DNA of 60,156 nucleotides, the filler included, from Ionaspis alba (lineage: Eukaryota), in NCBI GenBank assembly GCA_964255285.1. It is 5 parts of 5 records of this genome, joined end to end, with 100 filler letters (N's around TTAATTAATTAA, not from the genome) between each part and the next. Parts side by side here need not be neighbours in the genome. Positions count along the whole stretch, not along the records: positions 36,219 to 48,139 come from CAXUUL010000531.1; positions 48,240 to 60,156 come from CAXUUL010000532.1; 3 more parts are not named here. One strand, written 5' to 3'. Under the pieces are notes generated by a model. That model was given only the letters and a program-made list of their open reading frames with translations, had not been told where the DNA came from and did not search any database. Shown piece after piece: positions 36,219 to 48,339 of this stretch. A program made the translations under genes and the position numbers. Within the stretch, counting starts at the first letter, position 1. The number at the start of each line of letters is the position of its first letter.

Positions 36219-39200
36219 CTGGGAGCGAAGGGGTCGGTGAAGGAGGAGGTGGGACTGCCGGTGTCGGAGAGGAGTTCTTCGGTAGCGGGTGGGGGCGAGG
36301 GGGGCGTGAGACGGCATTCGGGGTATTCGTCTTCGAAGCGGCGGATCATGCGCTCGAGGGTGGAGTCTAGGAAGAGGAGGCGTTCTGGGAGAGGGTTTAG
36401 TAGGGTTTGAGGGATTTGGGGGATTTGGGCTTACTGTAGCCTATGTTGTTTCCGTCTCTGGCTTCAAGATTTAGAGCTGGCTGCAGTCGTGCTCTGATCT
36501 TTCTCGCGCTTCCTAAAAGATTCTTCGACATGTCCTTTGCCTTGCCCTTCGATACATCTGTGCCTTGTAGCACCTGTTTTGGTGTAGCTGAACCACTATC
36601 CGCTGGTGTGACATCACGCGATGATCGTCTATAGTCAGCTGCTTTGTTACCAAGGCAGATTCCCAGAGCCTTCACAACACCAGTACCGCCAACGATGTAG
36701 TCGTCGTCCGGTGCAGGCTCGTCCTTGTCGGGGTCAATCTGGACGTTGTCCGTTTGTCCAACAAGATGAAGCAGTATGTCGGGTACAGCGACAATTTTAT
36801 CTCCGTTCTGCTCATCTACCGCAATAGCAGCAGCCGAAGCGTAAGCTTCGGCAACGGGACCGCGCTCCATATTCCGTAGCGAGTATGCTACGACTTGCTT
36901 TGCAAGTGCCTTCACCACTTCGCTGTTGTCGTTACTTGGAACATCGACATCGATACAGATTATTGAATGCGACACCCGGACAGCAGCCATGAGGGATGCA
37001 TACAGGGCACAAGCCTCCTGTTGACTGGTTTCATCCTTCGCAGAGGCCAGATCTGATAGTTGAGGATTCTCGAGTATGTTGAGGTGTGCAAGACTGACAC
37101 ATTCTGGCAAGACTTCCGCCAAAGCAATGGCGTGTTCCGGAGACAAAGCGACGTCAGCTAGATGAACTCTTTTCAAGGCCGTCATTTGTGGAAGGTATTT
37201 CCGAAGGATACTGAGGGCATCAGGTTGTGTGGCGAACAGATTGCGGTTGTGAGAAAGATCGATGAAGCGGAAATTGTTAAGTCGCACAAGAGCAGGAAAG
37301 AGGGATTTGAGGGACGACGGTGAAAGATTGCAGTCTGCTAGACTCAGAGCATACAGCGCATTTTCACTATCAAGAACTTCTGCAAGTATAGTGATGGCAA
37401 GATCGTTCGAAAGATCGTTGCCGCCCAGATCGAGCCCCTCGCATTTGCCGGTGCGCACATATCGTGTCACCGATTGCAACGCTTCTATGTCCAGATTGTT
37501 GCTAGCAAGTCCCAAGCGAGTGGCCCCAGATTGTATAACGCCAGTGACAAGCCTATCGACGTTGAGAGAATTAAGGCCGCATTCAGCCATGACCAGCTCT
37601 TCTAAGCGTGGCCCAGCGGGTCTTTCTGCGAGTGCTTTCTGTAGAATGAGGTCGACTTCCACTGGTGGTTTGCCGTTCACAGGGGACTTAGTAGTGGAGC
37701 CGTTACCATTCGCTGACCCCATTGGTTGTGGGAATGGGATCATGGATAAATCAATAGCTTTGATAGACATGGACATGTGTATGAAGAGTGCTAGGTATTT
37801 CCATCCATCTCTTCCCACCTTGGGATTATTCTTCAAAGACAGCTTCTCAATAACCCCTGTCTGTTCGACTTGATCTTTGTGATGTCCGTTAGGCATCTTT
37901 GCAAGATGCTTGTTGTGTTTGACTTGTTCTGGGGTTTTGGCTGCCAATAGTCCAGCAAGGATGACCCTCAGTGCCTCATCTGTCAGGCCACAATCTTCCA
38001 TCATCAACTTCTTGACAGGAACCACAGCGAGGTAATCCCCAATAGTGACAATGTCCTGTAACTGCATTACAAACCCTGATAGATCGAGGCACGAGATAGT
38101 ACCAGGGGATGACGGATCGCAAGCAGAAGGTGAAGCCACCTGCTCGGCCACTCTTTTCAGAACAGAGGTTTCTCGAAGTTGACAGCACCTTCGGTAGATC
38201 CGCAGAGGGTCGGTAGTCGGACGATCCTGCGTTCTAGAGGGAGAGATATCGCCTGGACTTGAGACTCCACTGCTATTACTATTGTTGGTAGGAAGCTCGG
38301 CTGGTTTGGTCCCATTGGCTATAGCTTCTTGCCTTTTCCGTTCCTTTCTCTGTTTCCTCTCCTCCTCCGAGCGCTTTTTCTTCTCCTTTTTGCGTGACGG
38401 CTCCTGGACATCCAAGCTCGATAATTCAAGCGTAGGTTCTAAAACAGCCTGATCTGGTTTCAGATCGGCTCCATTAGCCATGGCTTCAGTGGCTTGTTCT
38501 TTCTTCTCGATCATAGTTTGAGGGTTCTTTAGCGCCTCGCCTTCGCTCTTCCCCTTTAGATTCTTCTCTTTCCGTTTCTTGATCTCTACTTGGTGCTCAA
38601 GCTGTGTCAAACTAGCCCTGCGGCCGAATGGTGGTGGAGAAGGGGGTGATTGGTCTCGGTCGTCGTACGCCGCGGTTGCCGCAATTTCAACATCGACGCA
38701 GAAGGATACTCTTCGTAGTTTCGCAGGCTGTAGATCCTCGATCTGACATCGTTCACGATGTGGATCTATATTCATAACCCGTCGGGGACAAACGCCGCCA
38801 GTACCGCTTGCTTTCCCCAATGATGTACTTGCACCGGAAGAAGATAACCTTCGAAGTGCACTTTGTATAAAAGAAGTCTGGCCGGACTTTGGGGAATGCG
38901 CAAGTGGTGACGGAGGAGGATCGAGCTTCTTTGACTCTTTGCTAGTCGAAGGCGGAGTACCGTCCATTGGATTCGATGCTTCCTTTAGAGGGCTTGGCAA
39001 CGGTTTTGAAGGGTGATGAGAAGAAACATTCGGACTGCTGGACTGCGGAGATGTAGAAGATGAGAACTTGGAGCTCAGCGAAGTGATCCAAGACCCTCTT
39101 CTGCCCGTCGAAGGTGAAGCAGGTGGCTTTGAGTCCTTTGTATTCTTCGGGGACGACGGCGAGAGACTCGGCTTTTCTGCGCTTTGACTTCTATGTATAT

Positions 39201-39527
39201 GCGGTCTGTGTAAAGAATGGTTGCTTTGAGGTGCCGGCTCCACCATTTTGGCCGGGCTCGCTGGTCGTGGGCTTTCGACAGCTCTTGCATCGTTCTTGGG
39301 AGGGGTCTCGGGTTGCTGCTTTTCCACAGCAATTTGGGGAGCCGTAGTCGGCTTTGAAGGTGGATGCTCTGGAGACGTGCGGATTCTGTCAGCAGGAAGG
39401 GTCGACTCTTGGAGCTGAGAAGACACAATGGTCTGTGGAAGAGAGCGCATGCTGCGGCGATATGCCATTACCCACCTTTGTGTGAATGGTGTAACCAACT
39501 AATGTCTACTCCATGCAAACTCTCCAT
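36219..39527 (-). CDS. MHP1: Mhp1/Gip3-like leucine-rich-repeat PP1-interacting protein, 3' end truncated
   Basis: MESLHGVDISWLHH (intron 39369-39475), RVxF motif RRVSFCVDV, IYRRCCQLRE, RNI-like LRRs; last exon RLLFLDSTLERMIRRFEDEYPE. Confidence 0.8.
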
Positions 39528-40110
39528 ATTCACACTTCGACAGTGCTAGAAGACCTCAGGTAGTTCTCCTGTTGAAACAGAAAAGGTCGTCAACTTTGGC
39601 GCATTGCTTGAGGGGCAAACAGAAACGATGATGATCTTCTGTAAATCGTGCGCGGGGTTGGCGGTCTCACGAATGAAGCCGGAAAGATGTTCTGGCCCAA
39701 CCAAGATCCGCATAAATAATAATGGATTATCTTATCAGTGATGTTCATAAAATATATACATATAAGCAGCCTAAGTTTCTATTTGGTGATCGGTGGTGAA
39801 GCATGTAGCATTCACTCGAACCATGCTGACATATCTCCTTGAGCTGAATGTCCGTCCCCTCGGTCGTTCCCCTCAGTCCTTCACACTTATCCCGAATCGA
39901 TCTTGCCGCCCGATCGGCAGTGGTGTAGACCTCGATTTGTGACTTGTACAATGCCTGTGGTTTTGTAGGGATTAATTATAATGGAGAAAAAATAGTTGAT
40001 ATGAGTGATACATTGACCTTACTAGCTAGTAAACTCTCACTCATAGAGAACATCAGCTCATGGTGCCAAGCAAAGACAGGTCAGGTATCTAAGCTCCAAG
40101 CTACAACAAC

Positions 40111-41228
40111 TTAAGAGGCAGCCGACTTGACGCTCTCAATCTTAGCCTTGACACGCTCACGCTTCTCCTCGTAGCTCATCTTGCTCTTCCTGTGCTTTTT
40201 CGACTCCTCCTTGTACTCATCCTTCGACTTCTTCTCGCCCTCCTCATCATCCTTCTTGAAAGGATCCTCACGAATAGCCTTGTGCGCCTCCTGGTACAAT
40301 TCTTCCAACCCTTCCGCCTCGATGTCGTCGTCAAGGTAACCCTGGAACTGGGACTTGTAGCGTTCCTCATCGTCGTCGGCAAGTGTCTCCATGTACTCAG
40401 CAACGTGTCCGCCAAAGATGTATTTGCGAAGGGTTTCGGCGTCGAGGGATTTGGTCTCGATATCGTATCCCGGGAATCGATTTTCGGAGTGAGGGATCAA
40501 GATGCCGCCGTCAGAAGCACCCTTCATGGCACCGAAGACCCTAGCACCAGTCGAAGTCCGAGCCAATCCAACATCAAGGTAGCACTTGAATGGACGACGA
40601 TCCTCTCCGTCAACCTCAGCTGCTTCGGTCAACTGGAACTCTCCATCCGGCTCTTCTACACCCTCGAAGTGTTCATCCAACCCAAGCTTCTTCAGAGCAC
40701 GACGAGCGATCAAGAGCCCAGTGGCGTAAGCTGCAGCCCAATTGGTGAGACCATGCTTAATGCCGTAGCGTTTGAGCTCGTGAGAGTATGCCGCGCAGAA
40801 GACTTTGTCGCCGGTGATTTCGGAGGTGACGATCTGGCAGACGATATCGCGGTTGGTGAAGCGGACGACGAGGCGGTATTTGGGAGCGTTGTATTTGTTC
40901 TTGGCTTGAGTGATGAGACGCTTGCGAGCATAGTAATCGGTTTTACCTGCGCGACGACGCTTGTACTTGGTCTGGAAGCGACTTTGCCGGTGTCAGCTTG
41001 GGTGAAGATGTTGTGAATGGGATCCACGATTTATACTCACCTGTAATATGCACTGTTCTTGACCAGCTTTGTGAAAGGCTGTCGTAAAATCCCGAGTCAG
41101 CAATTTACGCTTCAGATTCCTTCCGAAGCAACTTGCGAAGACTCCATGTCTATCATCTCGTGCTGTCCATTCGCCAAGAGATGCGATGTGGTGACTGGAC
41201 ACCACGAACCTGAGTCCCGACTTACCAT
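40111..41228 (-). CDS. RPL5: 60S ribosomal protein L5 (uL18)
   Basis: ATG-only first exon (intron 41079-41225), then [59 protein letters not shown]. Confidence 0.97.
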
Positions 41229-43579
41229 ATTGATTGATCTGCCTCACAATCGATGGTCTGAGGATTGAGGAGTTGTTGTTGAAGTGGAAAGGTGAGAGCG
41301 ATTGTTGAGAGTATTTTGTTCCAGATGACCCAAAACTGATTTGTGGGCGAACTTTCGCTTCCGCACAGAAGCATCGTCAACACTTAGGTTGGCGACCAGT
41401 CCATCAGTCACGCCGCGTAGGGAAATCGTGGCTACACTGCACTTCGATTCCTATTATTGCAATGATTCTACATATCTCTGACGGAGACTACTAATACGAT
41501 TAAAGTTGAAGCACTGTTAACTCATTACAGCGATGGGCTGTTTGTAAACTGGTGCTCGTCAAGCGAAAATCGTGCATTATTGAAGCCAACGACCCTGTCT
41601 TCAGGTCGACAACGACCTTCTCTAACCGATCCTTTCCGTCCTCCCTGCGCTCTATGCAAGCCTCCCTGTGAGACTCGGAGCTCTAAACCTACGACCTGCT
41701 GGCTTTAGGATTTCCGCTCCGCCTAATTTTGCATGATAGCCTGGCTCGGTGTCCATAGGTACACGAATTTATGCGGAGAAGTCTCCCAGATTGTACGATC
41801 CGGGCGATGAGACATGCATGGGTTTTGGGTAACATGTTTCGCCCTGGGACACTTCTTCCAAACCTTCTGGAAAGGCTCTGGAAGGCGTTGCCGCATTGAG
41901 ATGGTGGGTAGCCATCTCGATCAGAAGCGTGGCCCAACCTTGGTCTAATGCTGGATTGCAACCTCACACGTAAGGCTCTTCAAGATCTGCATGCAAAGGT
42001 GACACCGGCCTCTGAGAGGCTCTGAGTGCGAGCTTTTTGATTTTGTGGTACGGTCAAGTCCGACTTTTGGTTATCGAAGCAAAAGTGACTTCGACCTCTA
42101 GCGTGATGGAAGTCTTCCAGAACGAAACGCCCACGCGGAAATCACGAGTTCGCTATCGGCGTTCTGTCCAGATATGGTGTGGGCGGTCGGAGCGGTTTAC
42201 CACCCTCCCGGATAGCCAGCTTGGAGGATCATGGAGGATCATTACAGAACCAGCTAGACTCTCGGCTGATATTGACCAGGGTTTCCTCACATGGAGTTCG
42301 CCGTGGGTGTAGCGCTCGGTACCAAAGCTTCGTTGAAAAAGAAAGAAGATAAATGTCGGTTTTCTGCCTGAACGGTAGAAATCCATGCGTCATATCAGGA
42401 CAGTTCGACGGTGTATTGTCGGCGAAATGGGAAGATCAGATAGGGGCGAATCGTTTTGTGGATCGCAATGCTGGACGGCAAGGTCGAGAGTCGTCTTTGC
42501 TGTCCTGTGTTAGTGGTGATGACCGATACGATAGTGAGACGAAGTAATGGCAATCATGGGGGACATTCCTCAACAGATTGCGCGACCGACGAAACCACGC
42601 AACCAGCACGCGACAATGTCTGGCATGTCCATCCAATCAACGGGGGGCACAACGGACGGGCGGGGGGTCAGTTAGTGGAGAAAACGCCGGTGATTGCGGC
42701 AGGCGAACAGGGGGGCCATCCACCGAAGGTCCCCACTAGCTGCCCATTCGAGTTGGTGCAGATAAGAACGCATTCTAGCGAGGGGGCTTGCTCGGCATCA
42801 GTCAAGGTTCCTGCCAGTGTCAATGCCAGGCGGCCTCTCTGGCGGTGCCATTCCTTTCGCCCTGGCAGTATTTTCAATGTAGCTGCTGTCGGTGGTGCAA
42901 GCTATAAGTGGCTGCGTCTGCATTGAAGGCGGTTCCGCTCGTGAGACCCGGCTGGCTGGTCTCAAACATCATAAGTCGACTGGCCGGGAACACCAGGAGT
43001 AGGAGGTGCCGGAGAGAGAGAGTGAGATCTCGCAGATACGGCTGGAGGAGGGCTGGGCAAGCAGGATATCAATCCAGTCGAGGAGCATCCCATGGGTACG
43101 CCGCCACTGGCCCAATCATTTGTCAATCTCTCGTTGGGCCCCAGTTCCTTTTGCAGACCTAGACAGTGGTCCGTCCAATCCTTAGCTTTGAAGCAGCTTT
43201 GGAGATAGGTAAGGGTTGCAACCTGTGCATCGGGGCATTTTGTTCCTTTCGTCGGGGGGGCGGGAGACTGCACTCTGTGCGTCTGCTATATAGTAGGACC
43301 CTCCAGCCCTCGACGTAAACTTTCCTTCTCTGTTGCAGCGTACCTATTGCCGACCTCTCACAACAGGCCCGGGCAGCATTGGAGTGACTGCGCCGTTTGA
43401 AGCTCGCCGATACATTCGCCTTATATATATATATACCTCGGTAGCACAAAACTTGACATTCCCGAAACTCGAAAGAGGGGTTGCCAGTTTCATTTGCCTC
43501 TTCGCTTTCTCTCCAATTCCATTTGAAATCCATCGTTGTCGTTTTCAGGAATCGTTGAACGGCCTTCATTTCTATCAGT

Positions 43580-45506
43580 ATGGAGAAGTCTGGGTTCACC
43601 GAAGAAGGCGCGCAGGCGCCGCCATATGACCATGGCGAGCGATCGCGCTCTATCGTCGACGAGAAGGGCATTCGTATTGGGGAGGCTGCTGATATGTATG
43701 GCGACGTCGAGTCCGCAGAAGAATATGGCTACGTTACTCGAGGGTATGTCTTATTTGGCTTCCGATCCTAGACATTTTCATCATCCGTTCTCCTCTAATC
43801 GTAATATGCAGTCTCAAGTCTCGTCATATCCAGTTCATTGCGCTGGGTGGCACCATCGGTACTGGTCTTTTCATTGGAATTGGTCGAGCCTTCACTCAAG
43901 CCGGTCCTCTGAGTATCTTGTTGGGTTACACCTTTACCGGACTCGCAGTTTATGCAATGGTACATATTTGCATCGAATGATAGTGGCGAAATACATATTT
44001 TCTGACGAAAGGTTTCGTAGATGCAATCTCTCGGAGAAATGGCAACATGGCTTCCTCTTCCCGGTGCTATCCCTCAGTTCTGTGCACGCTACGTCGACGG
44101 AGCTATGGGATTTGCTGTTGGCTGGAACGTAAGTCGTGGTCGTCGCTCTTTACCTCTACATCTCTTGCTGATCGCAAACAGAATTGGTACTCGTCCGCGA
44201 TCACACTCTGCGCGGAAATCTCCGCCGCTTCGATCGTCATTCAATTCTGGGACGGTGCCAAGGGGATCAACGTCGCAGCGTGGATCAGTATCATCATTGT
44301 CGTCGTTCTCTGCCTGAACATCTTCGCCGTTGCCATCTATGGTGAAGCCGAATTCGTGTTCGCCAGTATCAAGATCATCACGATTGTTGGACTTCTCATC
44401 ATGGCCTTGGTCGTCGATCTCGGTGGAGGGCCAACGCACGACCGCCTTGGTTTCCGCTACTGGAAGAACCCTGGTGCCATGAAGGAATACATTGGCACTG
44501 GCAGTACTGGTCGTTTCACTGGTCTCTGGTCCACTCTTGTCAACGCTGCCTTCTCTTATGGCGGTGTGGAGATGGTGGCTGTTGCCGCTGGTGAGGCTGA
44601 AAACCCTCGCAAGAACATCCCCAAGGCTGTCCGACGTGTTTTCTGGCGTATTCTTTTCTTCTACGTACTAGGCTCCTTGGCCATCGGCGTCCTTATCCCC
44701 TACGATGACGACAAACTACTGAGTGCACGCAAGAACGGCGCGCCTGGTGCGGCTGCATCTCCATGGGTCATTGCTATCTACCGAGCCGGTATCCCTGCTC
44801 TGCCGTCCATTATCAATGCTGTTATCCTTACATCTGCATCCTCGTCGGCCAATGCTTTCCTCTACACTGGAAGTCGTTACCTGTATGCCTTGGCGCAGAA
44901 TGGTCAAGCTCCGAGATTCCTTCTGAAGTGCTCCCGAAAGTAAGTTTCTTACCCAACCAAAAACCAGCAACATATCATGCTAACGACCGACAAAGTGGTG
45001 TTCCTTACTACTGTGTTATGATCACAGTCTCGATCTCGCTCTTGACCTACTTGAGTTGTGGCCAAGGCGGAGCCACCAAGGCGTTCACGTGGTTCCAGAA
45101 CCTGACAACGATCGCCAATCTCTTCACCTGGATAAGCATCTCGATTGCCTACATTCAGTTTCACAAAGCCCTTAAAGCCCAAGGGATCGACCGCAATACG
45201 CTTGTGTTCAAGGCGCCGCTCCAACCCTACCTGGCCTGGATCTCATTGATCTCCTTCGTTCTGATCACCTTCTTCAACGGCTTCGACACGTTCTCTCCTT
45301 TCGCCGTCGAAGACTTCCTGACCGCTTACATCGGTGTCGTCATCTATTTCGCGCTGTACGCGTTCTGGAAGATCTTCAAGCGCACTAAGTGGATCAACCC
45401 GGCCGAAGCTGATATCCACACCGGCAAGGCTGCCTTGGATGCTCAGCACTGGCCTGAACAGCACCCCAGAAACATTTTCGAGAGGATCTGGTTCTGGATT
45501 GCATAA
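43580..45506 (+). CDS. Amino-acid permease (APC/YAT family, proline permease PrnB/Put4-like)
   Basis: RGLKSRHIQFIALGGTIGTGLF, YGEAEFVFASIK, GFRYWKNPG, AAFSYGGVE, EAENPRKNIP; four introns. Confidence 0.9.
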
Positions 45507-46865
45507 TTGCAGCGCAGATTACTTTTTGGCGCTCAGCTTAACTGTAGTCTTTAGGTTGAATATTATCACCATCGGATAGTACTATTTGGACTTGCCATGC
45601 CATGTGATCTATCCTAATGTACCCACGACCATTTCTAGGAACCACACATCAAATCCACCTGTATCAATGTGCATATGTACAGAATGTCGAATCACCCACG
45701 GCGATATGCCTATGCCCAGTATCTCAAATCCTCGAATCTTACCAGAACACAGAAGCTTACGCCAACAAATCCTGATATTACTGTCAGCAACAGGATTCTG
45801 GATGACAAGATTGTTAGCACAGGATTGAGGCCCGGTAGAACGATGAAATCCCACAGCAATCCAGCTCGCACACGCCATGGGAAGCCCAATATTGCACTTG
45901 CTCAGACGACTAAGCTTTACACTAAGCTGTAAATCCTGCCAATTCTGCCTCAGCCGCCGATCTTACATAAAACTACCCCGTCAATGTGCAAGTAGTGCGT
46001 GCTGTAGAGCCGAGGCAAAGCGATTGCTGTGTCGGTCTCGTGATGATGCTTGGCAGAGATTTCCACATCGTCTAAAGTTGCTTTCCCCACGGCACATTAC
46101 GTACATAAGCCCACGTCATGCCCGACATATCTCTCACATGTAGCTCTCGTCCTGTGGGATACGAAGGACTGTTCCAGATCCCGCAGGATGTGTTATTCAT
46201 TCAGCCGCATCCTTCTCTCTACGTCCTGGGCTTATGCAAATCAAGACCTTGGTTTTGCAGGCCGCCAGACTTTCAATGGAGCGAAGGATATCTATGACAT
46301 CTGGAGGGTTATGGTTACTATATAAATAACCCAGGTCTGTCCTGGACGACGTGGATAGCGGTGGTATCGAGAGAAGTGGCAATGCGGGCTTAAATCTTTG
46401 TCCAAGATCTAGAGATATGCCTCCTTGTTCGACTTCTTCATTATGACCAGTGACAGGTGCCTCTGCGGAGGGATCTTCAACGCCGCCGTTACTTAGTATG
46501 CTCAGAGGGATCCAGCGAATGCCATGCAGTTGTTGAAAGAGTTTCGAAATGGCACTAACCTTCGAATACGACACACCTGACACAGTGACTCTTCTGAATG
46601 CCGTTGAGAGACGCTACCTTCTCCACCAGGTAGTTTGATATTTGACCACTTCCTCCGTTTCCTGCCATTAGTGTTCTTCTATCCAAAACAACTGGCTCTG
46701 GTGATATAAGCGACTATATACATGAATGCCACGACAAGCAGATACATGATCCTCTAAGCTATAGTGGGCTTCTCTGAGCACCTCCCGGCGACCGTGACGA
46801 AACCGGCTTGCCCGAATCAAAACAGCAAGGAATCCATTGCAGCGGCAGGATATAGACGAATCCCT

Positions 46866-47345
46866 CTATATCCGTTGCTCCATCACAGCGTATACGCTGG
46901 TCAATCCCCCAACCAGCGCCAGAAGCCCTCTAACAACATTCATCCACGCCCACCGCCTCAACAACCCCACGACTTCCTCTTCACTGACCTTTTCCTGCTC
47001 CACTTTACTAGCAGCAATAGCATTCAGCCGATTATTCGTCTTCATCATTCCAAATAACGTCCAAGGTGTCTGGGCATATGTAGCCACAGCAGCGATGGCC
47101 CAATACTGGCGTTGAGCAGGAAGGAGGTAGGCAACCAATGCCGAACAGGAGCCCGAGAAGATACCGAGGGGGACCAGAGTCAGAGCCCCTCGGATGTAGA
47201 GTTCGCTGAAGAGGGGCGTGCTGATGGACGCGGGGCGTGTGTAGAGAAGTGGGAGTGTGAGATGAGAGGCACCGATGTTGATACCGGCTAGGACGAGAGA
47301 GGAGGTTAGGCCGAGCACCTGAGCGGTGAGGATTGTGGTGTCCAT
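46866..47345 (-). CDS. DUF1772 / anthrone-oxygenase-like small membrane protein
   Basis: 159-aa hydrophobic ORF with PWTLFGMMKTNNRL and LLRRWAWMNVVRGLL, characteristic of DUF1772. Confidence 0.78.
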   Translation of the reverse strand: MDTTILTAQVLGLTSSLVLAGINIGASHLTLPLLYTRPASISTPLFSELYIRGALTLVPLGIFSGSCSALVAYLLPAQRQYWAIAAVATYAQTPWTLFGMMKTNNRLNAIAASKVEQEKVSEEEVVGLLRRWAWMNVVRGLLALVGGLTSVYAVMEQRI

Positions 47346-48139
47346 TGGATGAGGTTTGGAAACAGATGTGGTTTTCTTAAGCAGGTTTGTACAGCTAGTA
47401 ATTAAGTTGGGGTGTGGACGAAAAGACTGAAGAATGGTCTACCCCGAAGAATGTTTATATACATGAAATCACTAACCCTCCATCCTCCCCCTCCTACACC
47501 ATTTCCTTCGTGCTCTCCATGTATGAGCTAGAAAGAGCCTTCGCTATGTCTATCAGCCCCACATATGCGATGACTGTACGTACGTACACCTTAAGTACGA
47601 AGTTACCAATCATACCAAGGAAACAGACGGTTATCTCCGTTATCCGAAGCTAGTCAACAGTCTAATACCCATGCGTTTTGGTAGTAACTCCTAGATATGG
47701 TATTATCATAGTCTCATACGCTATAGATGCTATCAAAAACGTAGTCTCAAAGTCGTTTGCGGGAAGGCCGATAGCCGCCTCTCCATAAACTTCAAGCCGT
47801 TAGTGAAGTGCGTATTACCTCTACAGTCATTCGACTATTCACAACTTTGTTGTGAGTAATAGAAGACTACCAAGGATATTCTGGGACTTTTCATGTCATT
47901 GAAGAAGAGAACGACGAGTATAACGACAGCCTCAATGCGCTGCCCTTGAGCGGCTACAACCACTACTGTCATATAGCTCGATGGCTGGGACGTAAACCAA
48001 ACTTGTTGACCCGTAGTCGCCGACCAAGCTTTCGAATAAGCAGAGGACTGGTCTGTAGTTGGACCTGGTACTTCGGCCGTAGTTCACTCCAGCCCTAGTT
48101 ATTCACAGGTTATATAAGCGTCGCACTAGCTACGGCATA

Positions 48140-48239
48140 NNNNNNNNNNNNNNNNNNNNNNNNNNNNNNNNNNNNNNNNNNNNTTAATTAATTAANNNNN
48201 NNNNNNNNNNNNNNNNNNNNNNNNNNNNNNNNNNNNNNN
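48140..48239. other. Artificial scaffold linker
   Basis: N44-TTAATTAATTAA(48184-48195)-N44. Confidence 0.97.
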
Positions 48240-48339
48240 CCACGTGATTATCAGATTAAGGAATACTATTATACTATCATTTGGTATATATAGTTCCAAA
48301 GCAGAAAACCACATTTTGCTCTTCCCTCAGCCACTCCAA

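Noticed and set aside
40192..41016. Long antisense ORFs (also 54121-54978, 15545-16369, 37262-37873)
   Set aside because: They are shadows of codon-biased genes on the opposite strand.
45550..46750. 128-aa ORF 46197-46583 and neighbouring short ORFs
   Set aside because: Non-ATG start, no recognisable motifs, and no coherent exon chain.
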